Under the pieces are notes generated by a model. The model saw only the letters and a program-made list of their open reading frames with translations. It was not told the origin of the DNA and did not search any database. The translations under genes and the position numbers were made by a program. DNA of 64,000 bases from IMG/VR virus record IMGVR_UViG_3300047666_001531; one strand, written 5' to 3'. Positions 1 through 8,275 of the stretch are shown here, piece after piece (the first letter of the stretch is position 1; each line of letters begins with the position of its first letter). The DNA comes from a virus (Duplodnaviria > Heunggongvirae > Uroviricota > Caudoviricetes).

Positions 1-141
1 TTAACAGATGCAATCGTAGACAATTACCTGTCGTAAAACTATCAATTTTGCCCTGTGAGTTATGTCTTGCGGGGCAAAAGATAAAAACCAAGCGAATCCA
101 ATCCTGTAATTACCCTTTATTAAACGCCCACAAACAAGAAT

Positions 142-177
142 AAATGATTGACAAACAGTGTTGGTTAGTGGATAATA
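142..177 (+). promoter_or_regulatory. class-A promoter: AAATGATTGACAAA, 17 nt spacer, GATAAT
   Basis: TTGACA at 148-153, 17 nt spacer, GATAAT at 171-176. ATG at 206 is preceded by cacaaggaa SD. Confidence 0.55.
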
Positions 178-205
178 TACCTATTGAAACACACAAGGAA
201 CACTT

Positions 206-616
206 ATGAAAAAGATTACTTATATCACTCTTTTGTACAAAACAGGCGCATCTACTGATAGTAAATTAGTGCCATTGTCTGGCGAATTTACAGAGTCTCT
301 TTTTGATCGTGCTAACAAAGCACTTCAAGAAGGTGATATGGATATGATGTTTGTTCCTTGTGAATTAGGTTTGGATAATCCAGCCGACAAAGTTATCTCT
401 GAATTTGGTTATGATGATGATGTGGATTTCGCTGGCGTTTATATCGAAGAGTTGTTTTACGCCGACTTTGATTTCGATGATTTCAAAAGCCGCATTGAGA
501 CCAGTGAAAATCAAAGCGTTGAACCAAAGTATACCGTAGAAGGGTTCGTTGAAGCACTTGAAGGCGCAATGTACTCAGAAGAAGTTGAAACCAACCGTTT
601 AAAGAGCTTAGGGTAA
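206..616 (+). CDS. hypothetical protein, 136 aa, highly acidic
   Basis: ATG with AAGGAA SD, downstream of class-A promoter. D/E-rich. No family recognised. Confidence 0.5.
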   Translation: MKKITYITLLYKTGASTDSKLVPLSGEFTESLFDRANKALQEGDMDMMFVPCELGLDNPADKVISEFGYDDDVDFAGVYIEELFYADFDFDDFKSRIETSENQSVEPKYTVEGFVEALEGAMYSEEVETNRLKSLG

Positions 617-620
617 TATC

Positions 621-893
621 ATGGAACATTTAGGACACGTTTTTAGTAGCGCCATGCCAGAAATAGAATCTGTTAATGGATTGCCGTTGGCAGACATTGC
701 TTTCGAGCAGATTGGCGATGGTAAAGATTTTAGTGATGAAGATTTCGCTGAGATATTTTATACTAAATTGCAGTCGGTAAAGGAATCGCAAATCATTGTA
801 AATACTGATTTGTCTCACATGTTCCCTGTAGGCGTTTCTACTAAGGAATACCTGATCAATTCTTTCGAGCAGTTTTTTGGTCAATACATCTAA
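621..893 (+). CDS. hypothetical protein, 90 aa
   Basis: ATG 4 nt after the upstream stop, operonic with 206..616. Confidence 0.45.
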   Translation: MEHLGHVFSSAMPEIESVNGLPLADIAFEQIGDGKDFSDEDFAEIFYTKLQSVKESQIIVNTDLSHMFPVGVSTKEYLINSFEQFFGQYI

Positions 894-905
894 GAGGTAA
901 CAGCA

Positions 906-1271
906 ATGGATAACACTGAAACAAAAACACCAGAGTTATCGGCCGACGCCTGGTTGTTTGTTGAAAATACCCCTAAAGGAAAAGATTTTGCATTCTCTGC
1001 TTCTCGCACGGGAAGTCATGGTGAAGATGGTGTTGTCGAATATAACCATGATGGGATAACCTTTTACCGATACCAGTCCATTGAGGACTTTGCAAGGCAT
1101 CAGTTAGATGGTGATAGTTCCGTAAAACACGAAGAGTCATACGTTGTTGGTGAAAGAGATGATAACGGACAGATAGTGTTTTTCGATAAAGTTTATTCTG
1201 AAGATGAACTAGATCTGGAAGACGATGGTGACGCGGTTTATACGCTTTACAGAAAAGCAAATAATGATTGA
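906..1271 (+). CDS. hypothetical acidic protein, 121 aa
   Basis: SD gaggtaa upstream of ATG. Its TGA stop (1269-1271) lies inside the TTGACA of the next promoter. Confidence 0.5.
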   Translation: MDNTETKTPELSADAWLFVENTPKGKDFAFSASRTGSHGEDGVVEYNHDGITFYRYQSIEDFARHQLDGDSSVKHEESYVVGERDDNGQIVFFDKVYSEDELDLEDDGDAVYTLYRKANND

Positions 1272-1296
1272 CAAAATAATTTAAAATGATAAACTG
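1262..1296 (+). promoter_or_regulatory. class-A promoter
   Basis: aataATGATTGACAAAa, then TG-a-TAAACT at 1287-1295 with a 16 nt spacer. Confidence 0.6.
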
Positions 1297-1332
1297 TATT
1301 TAATCAATAAGATATTAAATCTGGAGTTCCCA

Positions 1333-2643
1333 ATGACGGGCAAAATGAAATCTAAAAATTACATGGGTGTTTTGGTGGTTAACCATTATCTCGCCGAAAA
1401 GCCCGTCGATTGTGTTGGTTCACAACTTCCATCTCCATCTATTACTGAAGTTGCTATGTACAGCGCTTCGCGCAACACTGACACAGGTGAGGTTGTTCGT
1501 GGTGAACTTATTTCTAAGGTTCGCATGTCAGATTTACAGTTTGGTACCATGATCGGAAACCCTAACTCTGGTGAAGGACAATTGGTGACGATTGAATCTC
1601 TATCTCGTTTCAATGTACTCCCAATAGATAAAAATGAAGATCCCGCCGAAGATGAGCTTAAATTTGAAATGAGCAATCTATTAAAAGGTGGTGGCCATGG
1701 CCAAGTTTCCCGTTTCTTTGATGAAATGTTAGAACGCGGTGAAACAATAATTAATCGCGGTCGAATGACAAAGACTGATGAAACTGAGATCAACAAATAC
1801 TTGGGTATGTTGTCAACATACGTAAAAATTTCAGAAGATTATTCCTTGAACAGCATTAATAAAATTGCTGCTAAACGAGTTAATGAAGCAAAAAGCAGTA
1901 TCCATAACACGATCCGAAATGCTTATCGTATTGGCGGCGAACCGATTAAAGCAATTGAAAGTCATGTGGAAGGCTCAGACGCACTACCTTCACTTGGTGC
2001 CGCTGGATTTATGTCGGCAAACCTTGGTGGCAACACTAGTATGAAGCTTTTTGATGATATTAATATGACCCACAGCGTGGTATCTATTAGTTTAAGTAGC
2101 GCCGTTTTAAGACCTCCTTGCGACATTATTAACGAGCCGACTTACCGAAAGGAAATGTCTCTTGTTGATGTGCATATGTCACCAGAGCAATACGCTCGTT
2201 TTGTCAGAGCGGACAAAATGGAGGTGCCTTGCACCATCACACGCTTGTACGCCGACACAATAGATGATTTTGATAGCGAGGACTCTCGTGACGTTAAATT
2301 CGAAAGCTCGGTTGGTAAAGACGAATTGTACAGTATTTACTTGGATAAGGTTGCTGACATATCGAAACGTATGGATGCTGGTGACTTTAAAGGCAAGACC
2401 GGCATGCGAGAGTTCGTTAGCATGCTAAAAGCGGCTCAAACTGCTTATGAGGAGCATTTAGCTGGCAGTGGTGATAAAAAGACCCAAGCAGTAAGTGATG
2501 TGTTTGACTTTCACCAAAAGGAAGTCGTTTCATTTTTCCAAGAAGAAGTGAAGGCATTACCTGAAGGCTCTAGAAAGCAAATCATGAAGCCTTTAGAGGG
2601 AATAATTCCGAAGGTTAATCTGCTAAAAAATACCGAACAATAA
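1333..2643 (+). CDS. hypothetical protein, 436 aa
   Basis: Long ORF with tggag SD, followed by a hairpin plus T9 terminator. Confidence 0.55.
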   Translation: MTGKMKSKNYMGVLVVNHYLAEKPVDCVGSQLPSPSITEVAMYSASRNTDTGEVVRGELISKVRMSDLQFGTMIGNPNSGEGQLVTIESLSRFNVLPIDKNEDPAEDELKFEMSNLLKGGGHGQVSRFFDEMLERGETIINRGRMTKTDETEINKYLGMLSTYVKISEDYSLNSINKIAAKRVNEAKSSIHNTIRNAYRIGGEPIKAIESHVEGSDALPSLGAAGFMSANLGGNTSMKLFDDINMTHSVVSISLSSAVLRPPCDIINEPTYRKEMSLVDVHMSPEQYARFVRADKMEVPCTITRLYADTIDDFDSEDSRDVKFESSVGKDELYSIYLDKVADISKRMDAGDFKGKTGMREFVSMLKAAQTAYEEHLAGSGDKKTQAVSDVFDFHQKEVVSFFQEEVKALPEGSRKQIMKPLEGIIPKVNLLKNTEQ

Positions 2644-2666
2644 TTTAACGGCGCATTAAGCGCGAC

Positions 2667-2706
2667 AAAAAGGGGTTGAGCGTTTTGCTTAGCCCCTTTT
2701 TTTTTG
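2667..2706. terminator. rho-independent terminator-like hairpin (aaaaaggggttgagc..gcttagcccc, then T9)
   Basis: GC stem flanked by an A-run and a T-run directly after the 2643 stop. Confidence 0.6.
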
Positions 2707-2833
2707 TGCGAACAATTGGGGTTAGCATGATATCAAGCGCTTAATTTGTGATAAGTTTATTGCCAAATAGATAGCTTTGCTTAATGGATTAGCATAGATA
2801 GACTAAATAATGTAAAGGATTACAGCGTTTATT

Positions 2834-3157
2834 ATGATTGATAGAACCCCACCTTCATTGGTTTTTCCGCATGAGTCGAATTTAACTCGTCAGGAAAGGG
2901 CAATAGCAAATGCGATTAAAGCACGCCTTGATGCCTGCATGAAACACGTAGGTGAAAGGGTGACAATAAAGGGCGAACCATACCTGGTGTTTAAGATAGC
3001 AAGCGTTAAGGTTCCTAACTGCGGGATCCCAGCGTTTACGCTCATTGTTGATAAAGACGATCCGTATTACAGGAGAGGGAGGTTTCGCCTGTTAAAGATG
3101 AAGGCTAAGGGCATTCTTTCTGGGGTTGTTCATGAAGCTCAATTGAATTTCATTTAG
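2834..3157 (+). CDS. hypothetical protein, 107 aa
   Basis: ORF only, weak SD. Confidence 0.35.
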   Translation: MIDRTPPSLVFPHESNLTRQERAIANAIKARLDACMKHVGERVTIKGEPYLVFKIASVKVPNCGIPAFTLIVDKDDPYYRRGRFRLLKMKAKGILSGVVHEAQLNFI

Positions 3158-3375
3158 ACTTGATAATTAAATACCAATGGTTTAATGTAAGTGTCAAGGG
3201 GCGTGCTTCGTCCTTTGAGGTTCACAAAAATCTAATGAGAAAGCAAGCAAGAATTTGTGTTGGTAAGGTCAATGTGGGATTTGAACCGTCATAAAAAGCT
3301 TTACCTGTACCACTTAGTAATTGCGGAAGCGACTGTCGAAAGGCAGTCGCTTTTCTCTTTAATTTACCATTGAAA

Positions 3376-3900
3376 TTAATTTTTAGACTGCAATACCAAA
3401 TACATTTCTTCCACTTTAAGTCTATGCTCTTCAGTTTGAGGAGCACCACCAAAGTTTTTCTGCAAGAAATATTTGACCTTGTCTGCCTGAGTGACAGGTT
3501 TACTGTCGTTTGATAATAACTCGTTTGATGTTAATCGCGTTTTCTTGAAATTTCTTTGATCTGGCATTTCCATTTCACTAAAAAACAGTGGTTGGCCATT
3601 CTCAGGCTTGTAAGGGATTTTATCCTCGCAGAACATGATCAGTGTGGTTATCCGTTGTTTACCATCAACCATTTCACAGTATCGTTCAGGATCTTTTGGG
3701 TTTAATGCCACAGCAACACTGTCGATAGGTTGATTTTCGAATATAGATTTAAGTAGTGCTTGCTGATGTTCTTCTTCCCACACATAAGGTCGCTGGTACT
3801 CCGCATCTAAAAACAGCTCGCCGTCTTTATGTAGATTAAGGAAGTATCCGAGTGTCGTTGCTGTTGAACGAACGCGTAATCTTGATTCAAATAAACTCAT
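3376..3900 (-). CDS. DUF262 / ParB-like (GmrSD N-terminal type) domain protein, 174 aa
   Basis: Contains YQRPYVW and DGKQRITTL, the two signature blocks of the DUF262 ParB/Srx-fold NTP-binding domain. No HNH/DUF1524 half is present. Confidence 0.5.
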   Translation of the reverse strand: MSLFESRLRVRSTATTLGYFLNLHKDGELFLDAEYQRPYVWEEEHQQALLKSIFENQPIDSVAVALNPKDPERYCEMVDGKQRITTLIMFCEDKIPYKPENGQPLFFSEMEMPDQRNFKKTRLTSNELLSNDSKPVTQADKVKYFLQKNFGGAPQTEEHRLKVEEMYLVLQSKN

Positions 3901-3922
3901 ATGATGCTCTTTTTAAAAAATT

Positions 3923-3941
3923 ATGACTTACTGTAAGTCAT
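3923..3941. promoter_or_regulatory. 19-bp perfect palindrome ATGACTTAC-T-GTAAGTCAT in the 5' region of 3376..3900
   Basis: The sequence equals its own reverse complement except at the central base. It lies 23 nt upstream of the minus-strand ATG. Confidence 0.5.
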
Positions 3942-3959
3942 CCTTCGTCAAAAGTAAAT

Positions 3960-3994
3960 AAAAGATTGACAAATTTATCATAATGAATATAATT
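3960..3994 (+). promoter_or_regulatory. class-A promoter (TTGACA, 16 nt spacer, TATAAT)
   Basis: aaaaGATTGACAAAtttatcataatgaaTATAAT. Confidence 0.65.
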
Positions 3995-4029
3995 AATACT
4001 GTAAATCACACACACAAGGAATACACAAA

Positions 4030-4473
4030 ATGAATACAGCAACAGCAGAAATTAACACTATTACTCCATCTGGCACAAAACTTTTCAAAGTAAGTGATGA
4101 AAAGACTACGGAAGAGGCTTTGTTTATAGGGGTTCAACTTGAGTTCCCTAAGGTTTTCTCGACCACTTTAGAGGTTCACTTGGCGTTTGTGGATACTTAT
4201 TTCGATGAGATGGGTGCGAGTGGGCATTATTGGTTAATGGGTGAGAAGTTTAAAGATGTGGTTGTTCGCGAGCTTGGTTATTCGCAAATGAATATGTCGA
4301 AAGAAGCTATCAAGGCATCGACCCAGTTTCACTCAGACAAAACCGTTGTTCAAATGATATTAAGAATGACTAATCCAGAGAGTACAGAAGAAGAATGCGG
4401 TTATGTTGAGTCAGAGCTAAAAGAGTATATGACGGCTGGTTACATCTCGAACTTTCAGCAGTTCTGTTTATAG
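4030..4473 (+). CDS. hypothetical protein, 147 aa
   Basis: ATG with cacacacaAGGAAtacacaaa leader. Flanked by inverted class-A promoter copies. Confidence 0.5.
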   Translation: MNTATAEINTITPSGTKLFKVSDEKTTEEALFIGVQLEFPKVFSTTLEVHLAFVDTYFDEMGASGHYWLMGEKFKDVVVRELGYSQMNMSKEAIKASTQFHSDKTVVQMILRMTNPESTEEECGYVESELKEYMTAGYISNFQQFCL

Positions 4474-4540
4474 TTAACTGTTGGTAGGCGCTTTAAGCTA
4501 TTAGAGCAAGCTATGTGTTTATTGATTATGGCTGGCAGAT

Positions 4541-4568
4541 TATAATGATAAATTTGTCAATCTTTTTT
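4541..4568 (-). repeat. inverted, 6-bp-deleted copy of the 3960 class-A module
   Basis: Minus strand reads AAAAGATTGACAAATTTATCATTATAAT, which is the 3960 sequence minus AATGAA. The -35/-10 spacer is therefore only 10 nt. Confidence 0.5.
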
Positions 4569-4569
4569 G

Positions 4570-4598
4570 TTGACATGTAGCTTTTTTATATTTACTAT
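4570..4598 (+). promoter_or_regulatory. sigma70-like promoter (TTGACA, 17 nt spacer, TACTAT)
   Basis: Hexamers at 4570-4575 and 4593-4598, upstream of 4628. Confidence 0.45.
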
Positions 4599-4627
4599 AT
4601 TGTTATCTAAACTAAATAAGGAATAAC

Positions 4628-6025
4628 ATGAAAAGAACACTAAAAACCACTTTGCTTATTGTCGCTATGGCGTTCAGTTTCACATCAGCGTCGAAAGATT
4701 TTGAAGAAAAAATTCTGGGTCTGCCAGATGAGTTAAAATCACCACGATTAACCGCTGAGCACCATGGTGATTTTAAGTTATCGACTGTCGCTAAACGATT
4801 GCAGAATTCATCATCAAAAACTCTTATGACGAACAAGCTTAAGCCCTTGATTGAAATTGACACGTTTTTAAAATTAAAAACCGACCCTACCCCTACCGAC
4901 TCCAAGTTTATTAAATATATGAGTTTGGTTGAAAGATATGGTCAAGCTAATGGTTTTGAGAAAAAGCGTGTAATGAAAGAAATCGAAGCATTTGCCACTG
5001 AAATACCTGAGCAAGATGTGTCGCCTTTGGCGGGTAAGACATTTTTGGTTAAGGCGGGTGATGTTGAGTATTCAGCTCCGTTTGATTTTGACAATATGAG
5101 TAAAGCAGTTCAAATGTTGAATGCTTCGTGTCGTTCGCTTGGCCTATGGAGTGATTCAGGGCTAAATGGTAATGAACGCTTGCAAAAAATGATTAATCGA
5201 AATATTGCGCTAGTGCATGGTGAATATGGGCTGAAACAATCATATGGCGGAAAAAAACGTAATTGCTTTGTAGAGCTGGTGTTTGACAATGAAGGGCTTG
5301 CAGAAAAGGTTGAAGAGGTCACTCATAGTGGTAATTTAACGCTATTTATTGAATTTGAAGTAGCTGGTAGCGTGATCGACGAACATATGATTGCGGTGGC
5401 ACGAAATCTTATAGTGACCGAATCCGAGGTTATCAAGGGTAAAGGTAGAGGTAGTGTTCAATATAACTATCTGACACATTATGCAGAGCCTAAATCTGTT
5501 TCTGAAAAACTCAATGCTAATATGTTTGTGGAAAACAATGCACTTTCCACATTAAATGCTAGTGATGTGCCTGTTGACGAAAAAACAATTGGTGCTTGGA
5601 ATGCTGAGTGGAACAGTGATACGGCTGTATTTCCGTTGCACGGGAAAGACCTGAGTATTTTGGATGATTCAGATTTTTTTATTAGAAAAACTGATAACAC
5701 CAGTTTTATGATCATGTCTTATACTGGTGATTGGGAGCACGGCGCAATTGGTAAATACGAAATTGATAAGTCGGGTAAATTTGCCTTGTTAACCCAGCTA
5801 TATAGCACGGGATATAGCTTGCCTGAACGTTTACTTGTTTTTGCTAATTTTTATGACAACAAAGTGTCCGAAGCTTTATTGTACGGCTTTGATTCTCGGT
5901 TGCAGATAAGAGCAAACAAGCCTTATAAAATGGATTCGTGGGAAAACATCGCGGCAGAATTAGGGTACACCGAGGGAGCGTTAAAGCCATATGTTAACTC
6001 CCTTCCCACCGCAGCATTGAAGTAG
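4628..6025 (+). CDS. secreted hypothetical protein, 465 aa
   Basis: N-terminal signal peptide MKRTLKTTLLIVAMAFSFTSA. AAGGAATAAcATG start. Terminator follows. Confidence 0.6.
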   Translation: MKRTLKTTLLIVAMAFSFTSASKDFEEKILGLPDELKSPRLTAEHHGDFKLSTVAKRLQNSSSKTLMTNKLKPLIEIDTFLKLKTDPTPTDSKFIKYMSLVERYGQANGFEKKRVMKEIEAFATEIPEQDVSPLAGKTFLVKAGDVEYSAPFDFDNMSKAVQMLNASCRSLGLWSDSGLNGNERLQKMINRNIALVHGEYGLKQSYGGKKRNCFVELVFDNEGLAEKVEEVTHSGNLTLFIEFEVAGSVIDEHMIAVARNLIVTESEVIKGKGRGSVQYNYLTHYAEPKSVSEKLNANMFVENNALSTLNASDVPVDEKTIGAWNAEWNSDTAVFPLHGKDLSILDDSDFFIRKTDNTSFMIMSYTGDWEHGAIGKYEIDKSGKFALLTQLYSTGYSLPERLLVFANFYDNKVSEALLYGFDSRLQIRANKPYKMDSWENIAAELGYTEGALKPYVNSLPTAALK

Positions 6026-6040
6026 AAGCATACTTTAACA

Positions 6041-6068
6041 ACCCCACTGCAACGTGGGGGTGTTTTTT
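6041..6068 (+). terminator. rho-independent terminator (ccccac..gtgggg, then T6)
   Basis: Hairpin plus T-run after the 6025 stop. Confidence 0.6.
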
Positions 6069-6136
6069 ATATAGTTTTTTAATCTGCTCTGACTATGATT
6101 AGAGAGTTAGTGCGAGTTTAGCTTAAAGGAAATACA

Positions 6137-7318
6137 ATGAAATTTAATCCATACACCCCAAAAGGTGGAGACCTACCTGTTAAATACTATAGTGTTGATG
6201 TGCCTGATGTTTCGATTGGTAAAAAGAAAGGTGTAGGCTTGTGCGTCATTGCACCTGATGAGTTTACCGCAACCCGAGTTAACAAAGAGTTGCTTTCGCA
6301 TGGTATAGACTTAAGTGAGCTTTCGTTGACGGGACTCTTACCTATATTGTCAGGTGCGGGTTTGATTGAACGACCTACTCGCCACAGTAGAGGTTATAAT
6401 CCTCGCAGTTACCCCAATAAAGGTAGTAGAGGAGGGAGCTTTCGTGGTGGTTTTAGCGAGAACCTGATCCCTAAAACATCGAGTGATCTTATTGTGGAGG
6501 CGCAGTCGCTTGATATCAGCACAGCACCATTTAAGGTATCATCGCAAAAGAATTTAGCGGTGGTTGTTTCAAGTAACGAGCCGAATATTTTGGTAAACCT
6601 TTTGCGTCAAAGTAAACTGGTGCATGTAAATGCGGCGCACTTGGATGTGGCGGATATTGTGGTCACCAACATGAAAACGGGTGATACATTATTTATTGAA
6701 CGCAAAACAGTTCAAGACATGTACCAAAGCGTAATGAACGGCGCACATTCGCACGATCAGAGTGAAAGAATGTTTGACGCAGTGCAACAGCTTAAGTTGG
6801 AAGGCAAGCGAGCGCGTGCCATATGGATAGTAGAAGCCCAGCAAAATGGTAAGCATTTATTGGATAATGCGTTGCCGAAGATCCAGAATATGAGTGGGCT
6901 GGTAAATTACTTTGATATGGTGAATGAACAATCGGTTCATCAGTCTTATAGTGTGGAACATACTGCGTACTTAGTGTGTAAGTACGCACAGGGATTCATG
7001 GAGCAATGTTTACCTTATCGTGTTGAAACGAATAACCCGAAAGTGCATCGCTCAGGCAAGGAACGTATCGCTGCTAAAGTCGTTGACGGTGTGCGAGCTT
7101 CCGGTGAAGTGGGCGTTAAACGTCATACGGCAAGGGATATCACCAATATGCTGAGCTACGTCCCGTCTATTACGACGAAGGTAGCCAAAAACTTGGCCAA
7201 CACTGGCAAGACGTTCTCAGAAGTCACTTTAATGACTATCGAAGAGCTTGAAGCAATAGATGGTGTTGGTAAGAAGTCCGCCCAGAAAATATTTGACGAC
7301 TTTAACGCTAAACTCTAA
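6137..7318 (+). CDS. ERCC4/XPF-Mus81-type nuclease domain protein with C-terminal HhH, 393 aa
   Basis: GDTLFIERKTVQDMYQSVMNG matches the GDxn-ERKxxxD core of ERCC4 nucleases. C-terminus IEELEAIDGVGKKSAQKIF is a helix-hairpin-helix. N-terminus is RGG-rich. Confidence 0.5.
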   Translation: MKFNPYTPKGGDLPVKYYSVDVPDVSIGKKKGVGLCVIAPDEFTATRVNKELLSHGIDLSELSLTGLLPILSGAGLIERPTRHSRGYNPRSYPNKGSRGGSFRGGFSENLIPKTSSDLIVEAQSLDISTAPFKVSSQKNLAVVVSSNEPNILVNLLRQSKLVHVNAAHLDVADIVVTNMKTGDTLFIERKTVQDMYQSVMNGAHSHDQSERMFDAVQQLKLEGKRARAIWIVEAQQNGKHLLDNALPKIQNMSGLVNYFDMVNEQSVHQSYSVEHTAYLVCKYAQGFMEQCLPYRVETNNPKVHRSGKERIAAKVVDGVRASGEVGVKRHTARDITNMLSYVPSITTKVAKNLANTGKTFSEVTLMTIEELEAIDGVGKKSAQKIFDDFNAKL

Positions 7319-7343
7319 TTTTTCAATATAACGATAAAGACCA

Positions 7344-7376
7344 AATGCCTCGCATGTTTATGTGGGGCATTTTTGT
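7344..7376 (+). terminator. possible terminator hairpin plus T-run
   Basis: atgcc..ggcat stem followed by ttttgtttg. Confidence 0.35.
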
Positions 7377-7389
7377 TTGTAAAATTCAA

Positions 7390-7425
7390 AAAAAGCTTGC
7401 TTTAACTCTTCATTATGATAAAGTT
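7390..7425 (+). promoter_or_regulatory. degenerate class-A-like promoter (TTGCTT, 16 nt spacer, TG-a-TAAAGT)
   Basis: cttcattatgataaagt shares the class-A -10 half. It sits 185 nt upstream of 7610. Confidence 0.35.
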
Positions 7426-7609
7426 AACTTGTGTTGAGTACAACCTATGTTGATAAACCTTAACGAAGGACAGCAACCTACTTCGGTCACGCAATAATGC
7501 GACGGTAAACAGCTTAAGAAAACATTTCTTACTAACATCACTATTGCTAACGATTGGCGATAGAGGTAACGACCGAAACTTCTAACTAAAGCCGAATTGG
7601 AGCAGTATT

Positions 7610-8227
7610 ATGTTATACGTAAACTCAACAGAACAATTAAACGACCTTGCCGTTAAACTTAAAAAAAACCTCAAATCGCCGTTAACTCGTATCAAGTCAG
7701 CTATCGTTAAAGCTGAGGGTTTTTCGCATATAAGCGCCTTTAAAGCAGCTTTAGCCGCAGATACAAACACCGTATCTAACTTTACTGTTTCTGCCTCGGA
7801 TTTGTCTGTTATTGATGATGTCCGTTTGTGGCTAGAATCGAATGTAGATATGGGTACGGAGATATGCTTCGACAACGACGGCAAAGTAGATTCAACAGCG
7901 GCGCTCCCTGTATTCGAAAGATTGGTTGGTAACATCGAACCTTTAGGGTGCAAAAAGAAGGTTAAAGAGAATCAAGCGTGGATCGACGATATGATTGAAA
8001 ACTCAGCGCTACTTGCTGAGCGTAACAAGCATGAATATGGTTATGAAACGGATGATGCTTTTTTTGAAGCAACAGAAGATGCGGTGACTGATGGTGCACA
8101 AGCTATAGCGAAGCATTCGCAGCTTGCTGAAGCTCTAGCTTTGTTAGAGGCTTCTGGGTTGAGCGATATATCAGATAAGCTTAAATGCCTTACTGAAGAC
8201 GCAATCGTATTTTCAGAATTAATTTAA
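7610..8227 (+). CDS. hypothetical acidic protein, 205 aa
   Basis: ttggag SD, then ATG. Confidence 0.5.
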   Translation: MLYVNSTEQLNDLAVKLKKNLKSPLTRIKSAIVKAEGFSHISAFKAALAADTNTVSNFTVSASDLSVIDDVRLWLESNVDMGTEICFDNDGKVDSTAALPVFERLVGNIEPLGCKKKVKENQAWIDDMIENSALLAERNKHEYGYETDDAFFEATEDAVTDGAQAIAKHSQLAEALALLEASGLSDISDKLKCLTEDAIVFSELI

Positions 8228-8243
8228 TCAAATAAAAAATATA

Positions 8244-8268
8244 GGTGGGCATTACGCTCACCTTTTTG
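8244..8268 (+). terminator. hairpin plus T-run between 8227 and 8276
   Basis: ggtgggc attac gctcacc ttttt. Confidence 0.4.
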
Positions 8269-8275
8269 AGGTTTT

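Noticed and set aside
630-884. Antisense ORFs fully inside longer sense ORFs, for example 630..884 (minus), 973..1260 (minus), 1386..1796 (minus), 5110..5322 (minus), 6792..6989 (minus), 12579..12809 (plus), 38499..38781 (minus) and 47021..47525 (minus)
   Set aside because: They have no SD or promoter and are nested in better-supported genes of opposite or other frame. They are typical shadow ORFs of AT-rich coding DNA.
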